The notes: a model not told the origin generated them from the letters alone. 64,000 bases of DNA from an uncultured Methanosarcinaceae archaeon (GCA_963721455.1 CAVRJG010000038.1:1-64000); one strand, 5' to 3'; shown: positions 10,081 through 20,693, numbered from the stretch's first letter. A program made the numbers and translations.

Positions 10081-11418
10081 TTGAGCGAGCTTGAAAAACT
10101 GATAAATCTTGCAAAAAATGCAGCCGAAAAAATCCGGAAACACAGATTTGTACGCATAGTCTCACATAATGATGCTGACGGGCTAACTTCAGCCGGGATA
10201 ATGGCGCAGGCCCTGTTGCGGGCAGGCATCCGTTTCCAGCTTTCGATAGCTGGAAGGCTGGACGAAGCTGTGATTGAAGAGGTGAACAGGAGCATTTCCC
10301 CGGGGGAACTTGTTATTTTCTGCGATATGGGCAGCGGGCAGCCTGAACTTATAGGTAAGGTGGCAGCCGACGTTGTAGTGCTTGACCACCACCAGCCAGT
10401 AGGGCAATCTCCGGCAAAGGCAGTTGTAAATGCCCATATGGTAGGAATCGACGGAGCTACTGACATTTCGGCTTCCGGTACCTGCTACCTGGTAGCCAGA
10501 GAACTGGCAGCAGATAATGTTGACCTTGCAGGGCTGGCTATTGCAGGCGCAGTCGGAGACAGGCAGCTTTTCCGCACGGCTAATGCCTTCATTCTGGACG
10601 AAGCCTTAAAAGCAGGGGTCGTATCTGTCCGGAAGGGATTGAAAGTAGGAGATGGAGACCTTGCAAACGTACTTGCATACAGTACCGAACCTTTCCTGGA
10701 CATAACCGGTTACCCTGAAAAGGTGAAAGAATTTCTGAGCCAGCTCAGGCTTTCAGGAAATATTGAGAGCCTGTCTGAAGAGGAAGTCTCCAGGCTTGTC
10801 AATGCTGTCGCCCTGAAACTTGTCAGGCAGGCAAGCCCTGAAGCTATTGAAGCTGTCATAGGAGAAGTTTTACTCCTTAACCGGGAACTCGTGAAAAATG
10901 TTTATGATTTTATCTCTATTCTTAACACATGCGGGAAACATAAAACCTATGGGCTGGCCCTGTCTCTCTGCCTGAAAGGCAAGGGGGTTGTCGGTGAAGC
11001 TCTCTCTCTTACAAAAGAACATGAAAAAAAACTTGCCCTGGATATCAGGGAAAATGTAGAAAAAATTCGCAAAGGGGAAAATATCTGGTACATCACCACT
11101 ATTGATGCCCTTTCTACCGGAAGCCTTGCAAGCACGGTTGTCCGTTATCTTCATCCCGAACTCCCCTTCATCTGCATAAACGAATCCGAAGGTATCCTGA
11201 AAATCTCGGCAAGAGGCACCCGCGAACTTGTCTCAAAGGGCCTGGATCTCGCCTTCGCCCTGAGGGAAGCGGCAGGCGCAGTCGGCGGAGGCGGAGGCGG
11301 ACACAGTGTGGCTTCAGGAGCTGCAATTCCCATTGGGAGTGCAGAGGAATTCCTGAGCATTGCAGACCGAATCATAGGGGACCAGCTCCGAAAGGCAGGT
11401 AAAGGAAAGGCAAAATAA
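10081..11418 (+). CDS. RecJ-like DHH/DHHA1 phosphoesterase
   Basis: SHNDADG, DMGSG, LDHH and GGGH motifs. Located in the usual archaeal pcc1/rps3Ae neighbourhood. Confidence 0.92.
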   Translation: MSELEKLINLAKNAAEKIRKHRFVRIVSHNDADGLTSAGIMAQALLRAGIRFQLSIAGRLDEAVIEEVNRSISPGELVIFCDMGSGQPELIGKVAADVVVLDHHQPVGQSPAKAVVNAHMVGIDGATDISASGTCYLVARELAADNVDLAGLAIAGAVGDRQLFRTANAFILDEALKAGVVSVRKGLKVGDGDLANVLAYSTEPFLDITGYPEKVKEFLSQLRLSGNIESLSEEEVSRLVNAVALKLVRQASPEAIEAVIGEVLLLNRELVKNVYDFISILNTCGKHKTYGLALSLCLKGKGVVGEALSLTKEHEKKLALDIRENVEKIRKGENIWYITTIDALSTGSLASTVVRYLHPELPFICINESEGILKISARGTRELVSKGLDLAFALREAAGAVGGGGGGHSVASGAAIPIGSAEEFLSIADRIIGDQLRKAGKGKAK

Positions 11419-11512
11419 GAATCAAAAATGAAAATACAGTAAAATGGAAAGAGAAAGGAAAGTAAAACGAGTAGAGATAACGAAAAGTTGGCAAAACGTA
11501 TGAGGAGTGCTT

Positions 11513-11752
11513 ATGAAGATTACAGGTACAATTGAATTTCCGGATTCCGAATCAAGAAGGTCCGCTGCCAGAATCCTGCAAGCTCTTTCTCCGGATAACC
11601 TTAGAAGCATGGAAAGTGAGATCAGTGATGAGAGGGTTGCTGTCCGGTTTCATTCTGAGAAAATAGGCTCCCTTCTTGCAACTGTTGATGACTTTCTCAT
11701 GAATGTTAAAATCGGGGAAGGAATCGAACAGGCTCTGGAAAAAAAGAGCTAA
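11513..11752 (+). CDS. pcc1: KEOPS complex subunit Pcc1
   Basis: ALSPDN and SLLATVDDFL motifs, small size, downstream of the DHH gene, RBS GAGGAG. Confidence 0.85.
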   Translation: MKITGTIEFPDSESRRSAARILQALSPDNLRSMESEISDERVAVRFHSEKIGSLLATVDDFLMNVKIGEGIEQALEKKS

Positions 11753-12051
11753 ACTCTGGTAAAGCTGAATTTGTTTTCCTGCTTTTTTCCCTTTCTTTTT
11801 CTTCTTTTTTCTCCCTTTCTTTTTCGATCTCGTCCGTGAGTTATTGATCAACTCTGAAAAAACGAGTATATCCTCCATATTTGAGGAAAATGAAAAGAGA
11901 TTCTCATGTTTATGGTTTTCAATAACTCACCCTCACGACCCCTTCTCTTTCCCTTTACTTCTTTCTCCCTTTCTCTTTTTATTTGTAAATTTTATAGAAG
12001 GCTGAATATATATAGACAAACAGCGTCAAAGATGGCAAGGGGAGCGATAAT

Positions 12052-12363
12052 ATGCAGCGCATAAAAGAAACCGACACAGAAGAGTTGGCCCGGGTAGGCT
12101 GGGAATTAAAGGAGATGGAGGCGGGAACCTTTGAATTCGCGCCAGACGACCCCCGTCGACGGTTCCACGTACCGGACGGCGCCTGGGAATTCGTTAAGGC
12201 GTCCCCGGTTACGGAGGACGAAAAGGCAGAAGCCGATGCCATGATCCAGGCCATCATAGGCGACCAGCACAGCCCCGGAAAGAAGAAGACGGCAAGCCTG
12301 GCCCGGGAAAAAATTAATAAAGTAAGGGGTTGTATTCTAAAAAAAGGCCCAGGTAAACAATAG
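12052..12363 (+). CDS. Hypothetical protein
   Basis: 103-aa ORF with a GGGGAG RBS and an upstream TATA-like sequence. No motif recognised. Confidence 0.5.
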   Translation: MQRIKETDTEELARVGWELKEMEAGTFEFAPDDPRRRFHVPDGAWEFVKASPVTEDEKAEADAMIQAIIGDQHSPGKKKTASLAREKINKVRGCILKKGPGKQ

Positions 12364-12413
12364 AGGGCCAGAAATGCCAACAACTCCAAAAATTATTTCT
12401 TCTTTTCTCTTTT

Positions 12414-14639
12414 TCAGTCAACTGAGCCTTTCCACCAGAGCGATATAAGTTCTTTGAGCCTCTCGTCCGTGAGTTCTGCTCCGGTTTCAGGGATTTTCAG
12501 CCCATTGCGATGGATATGGATAGCTTCCTGCAGTTCTTCAGTGCTTATGTTTTCCCCTTCCTGGGATGTCAAATTTTTCCAGGGATTCCAGGCGCGAACT
12601 GTCCAGTTCCAGCTATGCATAAACTTTTCGTCGCCGGTTCTGGCAAGTGCGGTGATGTTATAAAAGCCCGGAGAACGTATGTTGTCCGAGTATGAACTAT
12701 TCTTAACGCGGGGTTCGGAGCCCCTTCTTTCTCCATTAAGGTACCAGCTTATATTGCAGGCGTAGTTTGTGCTGAGATTAAACTCCTGGCTCTCTCCTTC
12801 ATAAGTTGTAACATTTCTTTTCGGGCTGGCTGAGTTAATTGAAAGAGAAGCTACTGTAATGTAATTACGTCTTGTCTCGGAGTCAAGCTCTTTACTGTTG
12901 CTGACACTCAGCGAGACAGTATAATTGCCGTAAGAGCCATAAGTATAGGTTGGGTTTCGGGCTGTAGAGTCTGTTTTTCCATCTCCGTTCATGTCCCATT
13001 CCCATGAAAATGCATTTTTGGAGAGGTCTGTGAACTGGACCGTGAGGGGATACATCCCGCCTGTAATATTTGAGGAGAAGTCAGCCTCAGGAATTTCATT
13101 GCTGGTTGTGAAAGCTTTTATGCAGAGATTCGCTTCCGAACTGCTGGATATGTCTTCCCACCTGACCCCGTTAGGGCTGACGTAACTTTCTCCGGGATTG
13201 GCCCGTGCCTTGCTGCTGTAACGAACTACAGGCTGTTCGACTGCAAGAGGGCCTGCAGCAGAAGGGTTGTTGAATTTAATAACTACTGAAAATTTCTCTC
13301 CTGCACGTATGGGCACTGCCGAATTCAACACCTGCGTATGATATCCTGGAAAAGAATATATCCCGTTTTCCTGTGCAATAAATACCTTTTCCAGATTAAC
13401 AGGTCCGGAAACAGGATTTTTGTAGATGTATATCTCGTAAGCCGTACCAAGATCTGTAGTATAAAATCCTATAGCTCTGAGGGTTTCATCCCTTTCCGAG
13501 GTAAAGACATTGCCGCCCCAGGCAATCGAACTTTCTGGATACTCTTTTGATACTATCCATCCCAGAGGGTCATACTGGTAGACATGATCATAATTGTCCC
13601 GCCTCTCAGCTGTGAATACGGCATTTTCGTCGTAGCCGAGTCTAAGGTCGTAATAGGAAATATAAAAGTATCCGTCCTCACCCCAGGTTTCACCCCAGCT
13701 GTTCTTCACTATAAAAGCCCCGTCTCCGGGCGGAACCTGCGTAAACAAATTCCTGTCAAAAGAATCATTCCAGCCCACAAGGGTTACAGCATGGTTGGCA
13801 GTCAGGCTCTTAGTGTATTGATAGGCGTTATTTTCTTCCTGATAATAAGCCAGATTCCAGTACATTGTGGTGTACACAGCCCCGTATTCCAGAAGTGCCC
13901 TTTTGAGAACCTCATTGTCCAGAGGCCCTGTCCTTCCAGGCAAGAAAAGCATCTCCTGTACATGCTTCTGTACGGGGAGCCCTGTGGGCGAATAGGCAGA
14001 CGACTCGTTATAAGGGTCTTCTAATTCATTTACAGGCCCGTTCCAGCGGGAAAGATATGCTGCTGATATGAATGCGTTCCCGCCATCATCCGAAGTTAGA
14101 TCGAAACCTTCTGGATAATTCTTTGAGACAAGGTTCTTCATGTTATTTTCGGAAAAGTCATAGCTTTTTCCTTCAGTTCCCAGGATATAGGATTCAAGAG
14201 ATGCCATGCTTGAAAAGGCCCAGCAGCTTCCATCCGCTCCCTGGTTCTTTGCGGCTGTTACTTTCCCTTCCTTGCGCAGATCATAAACAGCCGGAAGTTC
14301 TGAACCCGAAGCTCTCAGCAAAAACCTTTCTTCAGGCCTTGCAAGTCCTGACAGGTCCACAGGCGAGGGCTTATATCCCATGCCTGAAACGTGTCCGCAC
14401 CCGCCACCAAAAGAAACAAGTTCAATCGGGCCTGGATGCCAGAGTTCCAGAAAGCTGGGGTCCATTGGTGCCGTTTCAATCACGGGTTCAGCAGAAGATG
14501 TACCGTTCTGCGGCATTTCATGGTTTTCGATATTTCCGGCAGCAAAACAGGTGCTGCCAGGTAAACACGAAATCAAGACCATAAATACAAGCAGAGAGGA
14601 TTTGATTCTCTTAAGCAGGGAGGATTTTATTCTTTTCAA
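12414..14639 (-). CDS. Secreted C1A cysteine peptidase with lectin-like and PKD domains
   Basis: Signal peptide, QGADGSCWAF (catalytic Cys), NHAVTLVGW, KNSWG and a PKD domain. Confidence 0.92.
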   Translation of the reverse strand: MKRIKSSLLKRIKSSLLVFMVLISCLPGSTCFAAGNIENHEMPQNGTSSAEPVIETAPMDPSFLELWHPGPIELVSFGGGCGHVSGMGYKPSPVDLSGLARPEERFLLRASGSELPAVYDLRKEGKVTAAKNQGADGSCWAFSSMASLESYILGTEGKSYDFSENNMKNLVSKNYPEGFDLTSDDGGNAFISAAYLSRWNGPVNELEDPYNESSAYSPTGLPVQKHVQEMLFLPGRTGPLDNEVLKRALLEYGAVYTTMYWNLAYYQEENNAYQYTKSLTANHAVTLVGWNDSFDRNLFTQVPPGDGAFIVKNSWGETWGEDGYFYISYYDLRLGYDENAVFTAERRDNYDHVYQYDPLGWIVSKEYPESSIAWGGNVFTSERDETLRAIGFYTTDLGTAYEIYIYKNPVSGPVNLEKVFIAQENGIYSFPGYHTQVLNSAVPIRAGEKFSVVIKFNNPSAAGPLAVEQPVVRYSSKARANPGESYVSPNGVRWEDISSSSEANLCIKAFTTSNEIPEADFSSNITGGMYPLTVQFTDLSKNAFSWEWDMNGDGKTDSTARNPTYTYGSYGNYTVSLSVSNSKELDSETRRNYITVASLSINSASPKRNVTTYEGESQEFNLSTNYACNISWYLNGERRGSEPRVKNSSYSDNIRSPGFYNITALARTGDEKFMHSWNWTVRAWNPWKNLTSQEGENISTEELQEAIHIHRNGLKIPETGAELTDERLKELISLWWKGSVD

Positions 14640-15169
14640 GATTTTTGGCCTCAGTTGGATTGGCTCCTGGTCAGCCTGTGGAATATTTCTCCGAGCTGGC
14701 TGGGAAGTAAATCTTTAGCATTATTTTATACATGATTTATAGGACTATTTATGAAATTAATGTATAAGTCTTTTTCGAACTGTGAATAATTTTTTATTAT
14801 ATAATCTAAATTATTTATTTCTCTAAAGCCCTCAAGTAAAGCTAAATTTAGTTGCACGTCAGCCAAAAACTATGCTGCTTTCTCAAAGAAGGACAAAATA
14901 AATTAGCAAAGAAACATGGACTGTAAAAGGTATTCAAGTCTCCAGTTCCATTTATCCCTGTTTAATGGCAGTTATTTAATTTTAATATAGTGTCGGGTAC
15001 TTCTGCCTTCTCCGGAGTCTTACTTGCTGCTCAGAGTTTACTCCCTTTTTCGGTTTTACTCTTTTTTTCGGTTTTACTCTTTAGTTCTTCAGGTTGAGGC
15101 TTCCAATAGAAAGAAACATTACTTTTGTCTTTCAATATCTTATAAGGCATATTTTAAGGGGGTGAAAGC

Positions 15170-15439
15170 CTGCTTTCGGAAGTACTTGCAGACCTTGAAA
15201 ATACCAGACCTCAAGACCTTGATAAAGAAATCCTTAGAGCTGCCATGATTGCAGAACTGGATGCTGTCAACATCTATGAGCAGATGGCAAACCTGACGAA
15301 AAACGAGAAGATTCGTACAATCCTGCTCGACATTGCCAGGGAAGAAAAAATCCATGTGGCCATGTTTGAGACCGTGCTCCTTCAGACTGACAGCGAGTTT
15401 CTAAAAATCTACGCCGACTACGCACTGGCTAGAAGGTAA
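15170..15439 (+). CDS. Short ferritin-like/rubrerythrin-family protein; probable CTG start
   Basis: ELDAVNIYEQ and REEKIH di-iron motifs. The frame is open back to CTG at 15170, just after a GGGGGTGA RBS. Confidence 0.8.
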   Translation: MLSEVLADLENTRPQDLDKEILRAAMIAELDAVNIYEQMANLTKNEKIRTILLDIAREEKIHVAMFETVLLQTDSEFLKIYADYALARR

Positions 15440-15806
15440 ATAGTAGAAAATAAGAGTAATATCTAAAATTCCCTGGCACTTATTCATAAACAAAATATCA
15501 GTTGTAAGAGCAACTCTCACGATTGCCATTAGAACTGCAAATCAGGACTGCCGGTCAGGGAGTATTTGTATATTTGTAGCTTATGATGGGCACGGACGAT
15601 TTTTTTCCCTTCTTTTTTCCATTTTTCTATCTGAACTTTCGCCTTTTGTTTTGATTTCTCCTTTTGTTTTGATTATTTCTGAAGCTTTTCATGCGTTTTC
15701 TCTTCAGTTTTTTCTCTTCATTTTCACTACATGGTTTTTACAGTCTAATGGTTCCTGCCATCTAAGCCTTTATACCCGTCGAAACCATATTTTCTATTGA
15801 TCTTCC

Positions 15807-16262
15807 ATGCTTGAAGAATATGAGAAAAAGAGACAATTTAAGAAGACTCCTGAGCCGTCAGCCAGTGATTTCAAAACAAGCTCCGACAAACCTATTTTTG
15901 TGGTTCAGCGCCATGACGCGCGGAATCTCCATTATGATTTTCGCCTGGAGATGGATGGGGTCCTTAAAAGCTGGGCTGTGCCCAAGCAGCCGCCAAAAGA
16001 GGCAGGCATCAGAAGGCTTGCTATCCAGACCGAAGACCATCCTCTTGCGTACGCTTATTTTGAGGGAGAAATACCGGCCGGAGAGTATGGAGCCGGCAAG
16101 GTTGAGATCTGGGATAGGGGAACTTTTCGGCTTCTGAAACGTGAGGAAAAAGAGATTGTTGTGACACTTGAAGGAGAAGAATTGAAAGGGGATTATGTTT
16201 TAATCAGGACAAAGTATGGAGAAGGAGAAAAAGGATGGCTCTTCTTTAAAAGGGCCGACTGA
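15807..16262 (+). CDS. Stand-alone LigD 3'-phosphoesterase (PE) domain protein
   Basis: FVVQRH, HYDFRLE, LKSWAVPK, TEDHPLAY, FEGEIP and YGAGKVEIWDRG motifs. Confidence 0.93.
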   Translation: MLEEYEKKRQFKKTPEPSASDFKTSSDKPIFVVQRHDARNLHYDFRLEMDGVLKSWAVPKQPPKEAGIRRLAIQTEDHPLAYAYFEGEIPAGEYGAGKVEIWDRGTFRLLKREEKEIVVTLEGEELKGDYVLIRTKYGEGEKGWLFFKRAD

Positions 16263-16376
16263 AAGGCGATTTTCAGAGCAGGTTCAAACAGTGCAGGCAA
16301 CAGTGAAGGCATTTTTCAGATTGCCGGGTTTCCGGCTCAGACCCTGAGCTTTTTAAACCATTATGAGAATAAGCAT

Positions 16377-16748
16377 ATGGGGATAATTACGGAAGAACGG
16401 GTAACTATCAATGTTTTTGAAACTGCCGGAGCCAACTGCTGCGTTGCCGCCTGTGACGGGCAGAAGGTACACGACAGAATTGCAGCCGCTTTCTGCGAAA
16501 ATAAGAAGGTGGAACTCTCTTTTGCAGGGACGGGTGACCTGACTCCTGCCTTTCTGAATTCGGCAGTGGGACAGCTTTACGGAAGTTTTCCTGCAGAATC
16601 AATTGAGAGTAACCTCTCATTCACTGATATTCTAGAGGAAGATGAGATTGTTCTAAAGAGAGTTCTCGAGAGGGCGAAGACCTATCTGGAGCATGCATAC
16701 TCCTGCAGGAAAGCGCTCAGGGATGTGCTGGGAGGCGAGGATGCCTGA
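16377..16748 (+). CDS. STAS-like (DUF4325-type) protein
   Basis: DGQKV...VELSFAG...TPAFLNSAVGQLY pattern. Overlaps the PIN gene. Confidence 0.75.
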   Translation: MGIITEERVTINVFETAGANCCVAACDGQKVHDRIAAAFCENKKVELSFAGTGDLTPAFLNSAVGQLYGSFPAESIESNLSFTDILEEDEIVLKRVLERAKTYLEHAYSCRKALRDVLGGEDA

Positions 16749-17373
16749 AAGAGTGCACCGTGCAACCGTTTATCCGGTAAGGCGCCGCCCAAGACTTCGC
16801 GCTGGAAGACCCAGGCCTGAAAAAGTCGTCCCCATAAAAGTCCATTCCATAGAAAGCTATGATTTTCCCGAAGGTAAGAGCTACTTCTTTGATACCAACA
16901 TCTGGCTCTATATTTACGGCCCTATAGGCTGGCCTGACCAGAGGTCGGATGTTTATTCCAGAGCCTTAAAAGAGATCCTGAATTCAGAAGGCACAATCTA
17001 CATCAATTGCATGATAATTTCAGAATTCATCAATGCCTTTTCGAGGATAGAGTTCAAGCAGCAGTCCGATTTTACGAGGTACAAGGAATTTCGAAACTCC
17101 CTGAGCTACCGGGCCATTGCCCAGGAAATCGCCCATAACGTAAGAAAAATCCTCAAAAGCACCCTGACCTGTGACCCTGAATTACAGGTCATAGACCTCC
17201 CTGAATTAATGGATCTCTTCGAGCAGGGAAAATACGATTTCAATGATCTTCTCTTTGCACAAATCTGCAGCGCAAAAGGCCTGGTCTTCGTAACCCATGA
17301 CAAGGATTTCAGCGAACTTGGAGTCGAGATCCTGACCGCAAATGAGAGGCTGATGGGTAAGGGAAAAGTGTGA
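16741..17373 (+). CDS. PIN-domain (VapC-like) ribonuclease
   Basis: FFDTNIW, ISEF, DFND and VTHDKDF acidic motifs. The ATG at 16741 overlaps the STAS stop. Confidence 0.88.
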   Translation: MPERVHRATVYPVRRRPRLRAGRPRPEKVVPIKVHSIESYDFPEGKSYFFDTNIWLYIYGPIGWPDQRSDVYSRALKEILNSEGTIYINCMIISEFINAFSRIEFKQQSDFTRYKEFRNSLSYRAIAQEIAHNVRKILKSTLTCDPELQVIDLPELMDLFEQGKYDFNDLLFAQICSAKGLVFVTHDKDFSELGVEILTANERLMGKGKV

Positions 17374-17517
17374 AAAACTTATGGGTAAGGGAAAAGGCTG
17401 AAGATTTCAGTTCCCTTACTTTTTAGGCTTTAGCCTCAAAGTAGATTCGAGTGCTTCTTTTAAAAAATATGGGGGCCCGACGACAAATATAATTAGCCAG
17501 GTTTCCAATTTACTTCT

Positions 17518-19848
17518 ATGTCCAGACAGGCAATAGATTCTGTTGCTCGAATCCTGGGGGCTGTCCCTTCTCTCATTGAGAAAGGAGATTACACACAGGC
17601 TTTTGAAAAGGCCGAAAAAGCCCAGAAGCTTGCGGAAAAGGCAAAAGTGCCGGATCTTATTAACTGGGCGCTGATGGCAAAAGGCGAGGCTCTGGCCGCT
17701 GCCTGCCGGCTGGAGGAAGCTCTGGATACTTACGAAAGTGCCCTGGGTTTTTCGTCAGATCTTTTTTTCAAAGATACGGGAGATGTCCGTCATCAGGAAC
17801 TCCTGTACGACACTATCGGCAAGCTTGGAAAAATACTTGATGAATTAGACAGCGTTACAACAGCAGAGCAGGTCTGCAAAAGGGCCGAAAAATATTTTGA
17901 GAAGGCTCTTATAGAATATGAAAGGCTGCTTGCAAATAATCCTGATAATTCTGAGTATCTCTTCAATTACTTGAAGACAATGGGAAATATCTGGGCCTGT
18001 TATGTGGTAGCAGAAGACCTTGAAAAGCAAATCCCTCTTCTGCCAGGCATCGTGAAGGCTTACGGGAAAATCATTGAATCCGACCCGGAAGACCCTGAAA
18101 ATTTTTTCCGGCTTGACAATATCGTAAAAAAGTTCGGGGAAGCCTGCCTGGAAGACGGCCGATTTGAAGAGGCAAAACAGGTTTATGAGCAGGTGCATGC
18201 TGTTTATACAAATATCCACAAAAAATATCCGGAAAACTTACTTGCGCTCAATTTCCTGCTTTTCTCCTACGACTACGTTGGGAAACTTTACGCAGAAATA
18301 TGGGAAATGGATAAAGTTGAAGACTATTATTCTCAGGCCCTTGAACTCATTGAAGAACAGCTCCGGAAAAACCCGGAAGAACTCTCCATTATCATGAACC
18401 GGGGCAAAATCCTCCAGGATCTGGGGATTCTCTTTTCCGAAGCCGGAGAGCTCGAAAAAGCAAAGCTCTACTATGAAAAAGTTCTGGTCAATTTCGAGGG
18501 ACTGATAGGAAAACGTCCCGAAGACCCGGAATACCTGTATCACCTTTCCGGGGCATTCAACGGGCTTGCTGAAGCCTTCAGGGATATTCCCAGCGTGGAA
18601 AAAGCAAAGGAGTGCTACCTGCATGAAATCGGAATCTATGAATCTCTGATCGAATCTGAAATTGATGAGATAGATAACGAGCTGAGCATCGCCGAGACAT
18701 TTAACCAGATCGCGAATCTCTATTCCGAAGTCCCGGATGCGGAAAGTGCAAAAGAGTACTATGAAAAGGAAATGGAGATATACGAAAGGCTTTTTTCCGA
18801 ATTCCCTGAAGAAACCGATTATGAGCTCTTTATTGCAGAGGCTCTCAATGAACTCGGAGACCTTTATTTTGAAACGGAAGAAATAACTGCACGGCAGTAC
18901 TACGAAAAAGCTCTCGCAATTGCCGAAAAGGCAGTGGAACAGGCTCCAAAAGAATCTTTTTCCCTATCGGATCTTATCCAGACTCTGAAAAACCTTGCAG
19001 ACCTGAATAAGGTCCATAAGCATTATGAAGCCGCAATTCCTTTCCAGCAGCGCGTACTTAAACTCCAGCTTGATATTCTGGAGAAATTTCCGGGGAACTG
19101 GATGCATATACGTGACGTCGGAAACGCCTTCAGCGAGCTCGGGCTTCTTTTCGAAAAAGTTGGAGATCTAAAACAGGCAGAGCAGTTTCATTCAAAAGCC
19201 GTGGAGACTTTTTCAGAAGTTCTCTTTGGTGGAGAAGACCCCGATACAAGAAGACGCCTCGCTACTGAAATCCAGTTGCGTGGGTATGTCTACCTGAGTT
19301 CAAAAAGATATATAAGTGCGAAACCGTACCTGGAACTTGCCCGTAAATACTACGAAAGTACCTCTGAACAGGAACCAAATAATTTCCGTGCTCTTGATGG
19401 CCTTTTTTCTGTCCTGTATGAGACCGGCCTCCTTCATTACGGCATGGAGAACTTCGAAGAAGCCATCGAAAGTTACAAAACCGCATTTTTGGTCCTGGAC
19501 AGGTTGACTGAGGTTTCTCCGGAAAAATCCAAACCGCAGACAAAGGCTGCGAGACTGTATGTCGGGCTCGGGATGTCTTACTCTGCGCTTAATGAGTACG
19601 AAAAGTCGAAAGAAGCTTTTGAAAAAGCCCTTGCCACAAATGCAGAGCTCCTTGAAAAAGAACCCGAAAATGTTTTTTACCTCGAGGACAGAGCCATAAC
19701 TTTAGAAGAATATGCTAACCTGCTTCTCAAAACAGGCAGGAGTGCCGAAGCTGAGGCATATAAGGCAGAGTCTGCAGAAATATACCAGAAAGTCGAAGCT
19801 AAAGAGCCAGGGATGATGAAGCTTCGGAGGGGCATGGTTGGTTTTTGA
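17518..19848 (+). CDS. Tetratricopeptide repeat protein
   Basis: Repeated helical units such as AKLYYEKVL and ARQYYEKAL. Confidence 0.88.
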   Translation: MSRQAIDSVARILGAVPSLIEKGDYTQAFEKAEKAQKLAEKAKVPDLINWALMAKGEALAAACRLEEALDTYESALGFSSDLFFKDTGDVRHQELLYDTIGKLGKILDELDSVTTAEQVCKRAEKYFEKALIEYERLLANNPDNSEYLFNYLKTMGNIWACYVVAEDLEKQIPLLPGIVKAYGKIIESDPEDPENFFRLDNIVKKFGEACLEDGRFEEAKQVYEQVHAVYTNIHKKYPENLLALNFLLFSYDYVGKLYAEIWEMDKVEDYYSQALELIEEQLRKNPEELSIIMNRGKILQDLGILFSEAGELEKAKLYYEKVLVNFEGLIGKRPEDPEYLYHLSGAFNGLAEAFRDIPSVEKAKECYLHEIGIYESLIESEIDEIDNELSIAETFNQIANLYSEVPDAESAKEYYEKEMEIYERLFSEFPEETDYELFIAEALNELGDLYFETEEITARQYYEKALAIAEKAVEQAPKESFSLSDLIQTLKNLADLNKVHKHYEAAIPFQQRVLKLQLDILEKFPGNWMHIRDVGNAFSELGLLFEKVGDLKQAEQFHSKAVETFSEVLFGGEDPDTRRRLATEIQLRGYVYLSSKRYISAKPYLELARKYYESTSEQEPNNFRALDGLFSVLYETGLLHYGMENFEEAIESYKTAFLVLDRLTEVSPEKSKPQTKAARLYVGLGMSYSALNEYEKSKEAFEKALATNAELLEKEPENVFYLEDRAITLEEYANLLLKTGRSAEAEAYKAESAEIYQKVEAKEPGMMKLRRGMVGF

Positions 19849-19981
19849 GGTATGTGAAATCCCGGATGTATTTTCTTACATCCGATTTTCTTACATCATT
19901 ATGTTTTTGTTCAAAAATCTTCTGCAGTTTTCCTGTTGAGAATCAGCTTATATGGAAGCAGCCATCTTCTTTTTCATTTTC

Positions 19982-20137
19982 CTATTCGACCTCAAGGTAG
20001 AGTTCAATTGCTTCTTTTATTCTTCTGTTTAACTCATCAAGTGTCTCTGCCTGCGTGTGACATCCCGGAAGCTCAGGTACAGAAGCTATATAAATTCCGT
20101 CTTCATCCTGTTCAATGACGACAGTAAACTCTCTCAT
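19982..20137 (-). pseudogene. hicB: Frameshifted HicB-family antitoxin, not in the ORF track
   Basis: MREFTVVIEQDEDGIYIASVPELPGCH, then a frameshift, then QAETLDELNRRIKEAIELYLEVE*. Confidence 0.8.
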
Positions 20138-20206
20138 TGGATGGCTCCGTCTTTAAGATATCATATCCGGATGATTTTATTTATAGCTGTGGAGAAGCGT
20201 TAATGA

Positions 20207-20251
20207 CAGGTTCCAGTTTCCTGTAAAGCTCTCATGGAGAAAATATCAATC
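20207..20251 (+). repeat. Partial copy A of the repeated intergenic element
   Basis: CAGGTTCCAGTTTCCTGTAAAGCTCTCATGGAGAAAATATCAATC matches the core of copies B-D. Confidence 0.7.
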
Positions 20252-20252
20252 A

Positions 20253-20693
20253 AGAAACGAATTGATCGCCGAAATTTTCCATGAAATTCACTGGATAGAA
20301 AAATGGGGCAGGGGAATAAGCCTGATTCTCTCAAAAGAGCCTGATGCCGATTTCAAAGAGATTGGAACTCAGTTCATTGTCACGTTTAAGAGGAAATACC
20401 TCGAAGATGAGGAAGGAGTCGGAGAAAAGGTCGGAGGAAAGGAGGTAGAAAGGGAGGTAGAAAAGGAGGTAGAAAAGGAGTCAGAATGGGAGTTAGAGGG
20501 ATTAACTGATTCCCAAAAAGCCATTCTCAAAATGATAAAAGCAAATCCATATACCTCCAAAAAAGAAATGTCCGAAAATATAGGAATTAGAATCAGTTCT
20601 ATCGACAAAAATATACAGACTCTGAAGAAAAAAGGTTTACTTAAAAGAATCGGCCCGGCTAAAGGCGGCCACTGGGAAGTTCTTGAAAAGTGA
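20253..20693 (+). pseudogene. C-terminal remnant of an AlbA/RecG-C-type ATP-binding wHTH protein
   Basis: RNELIAEIF...IEKWGRGI and a terminal wHTH, KRIGPAKGGHWEV. The N-terminus is absent. Confidence 0.8.
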
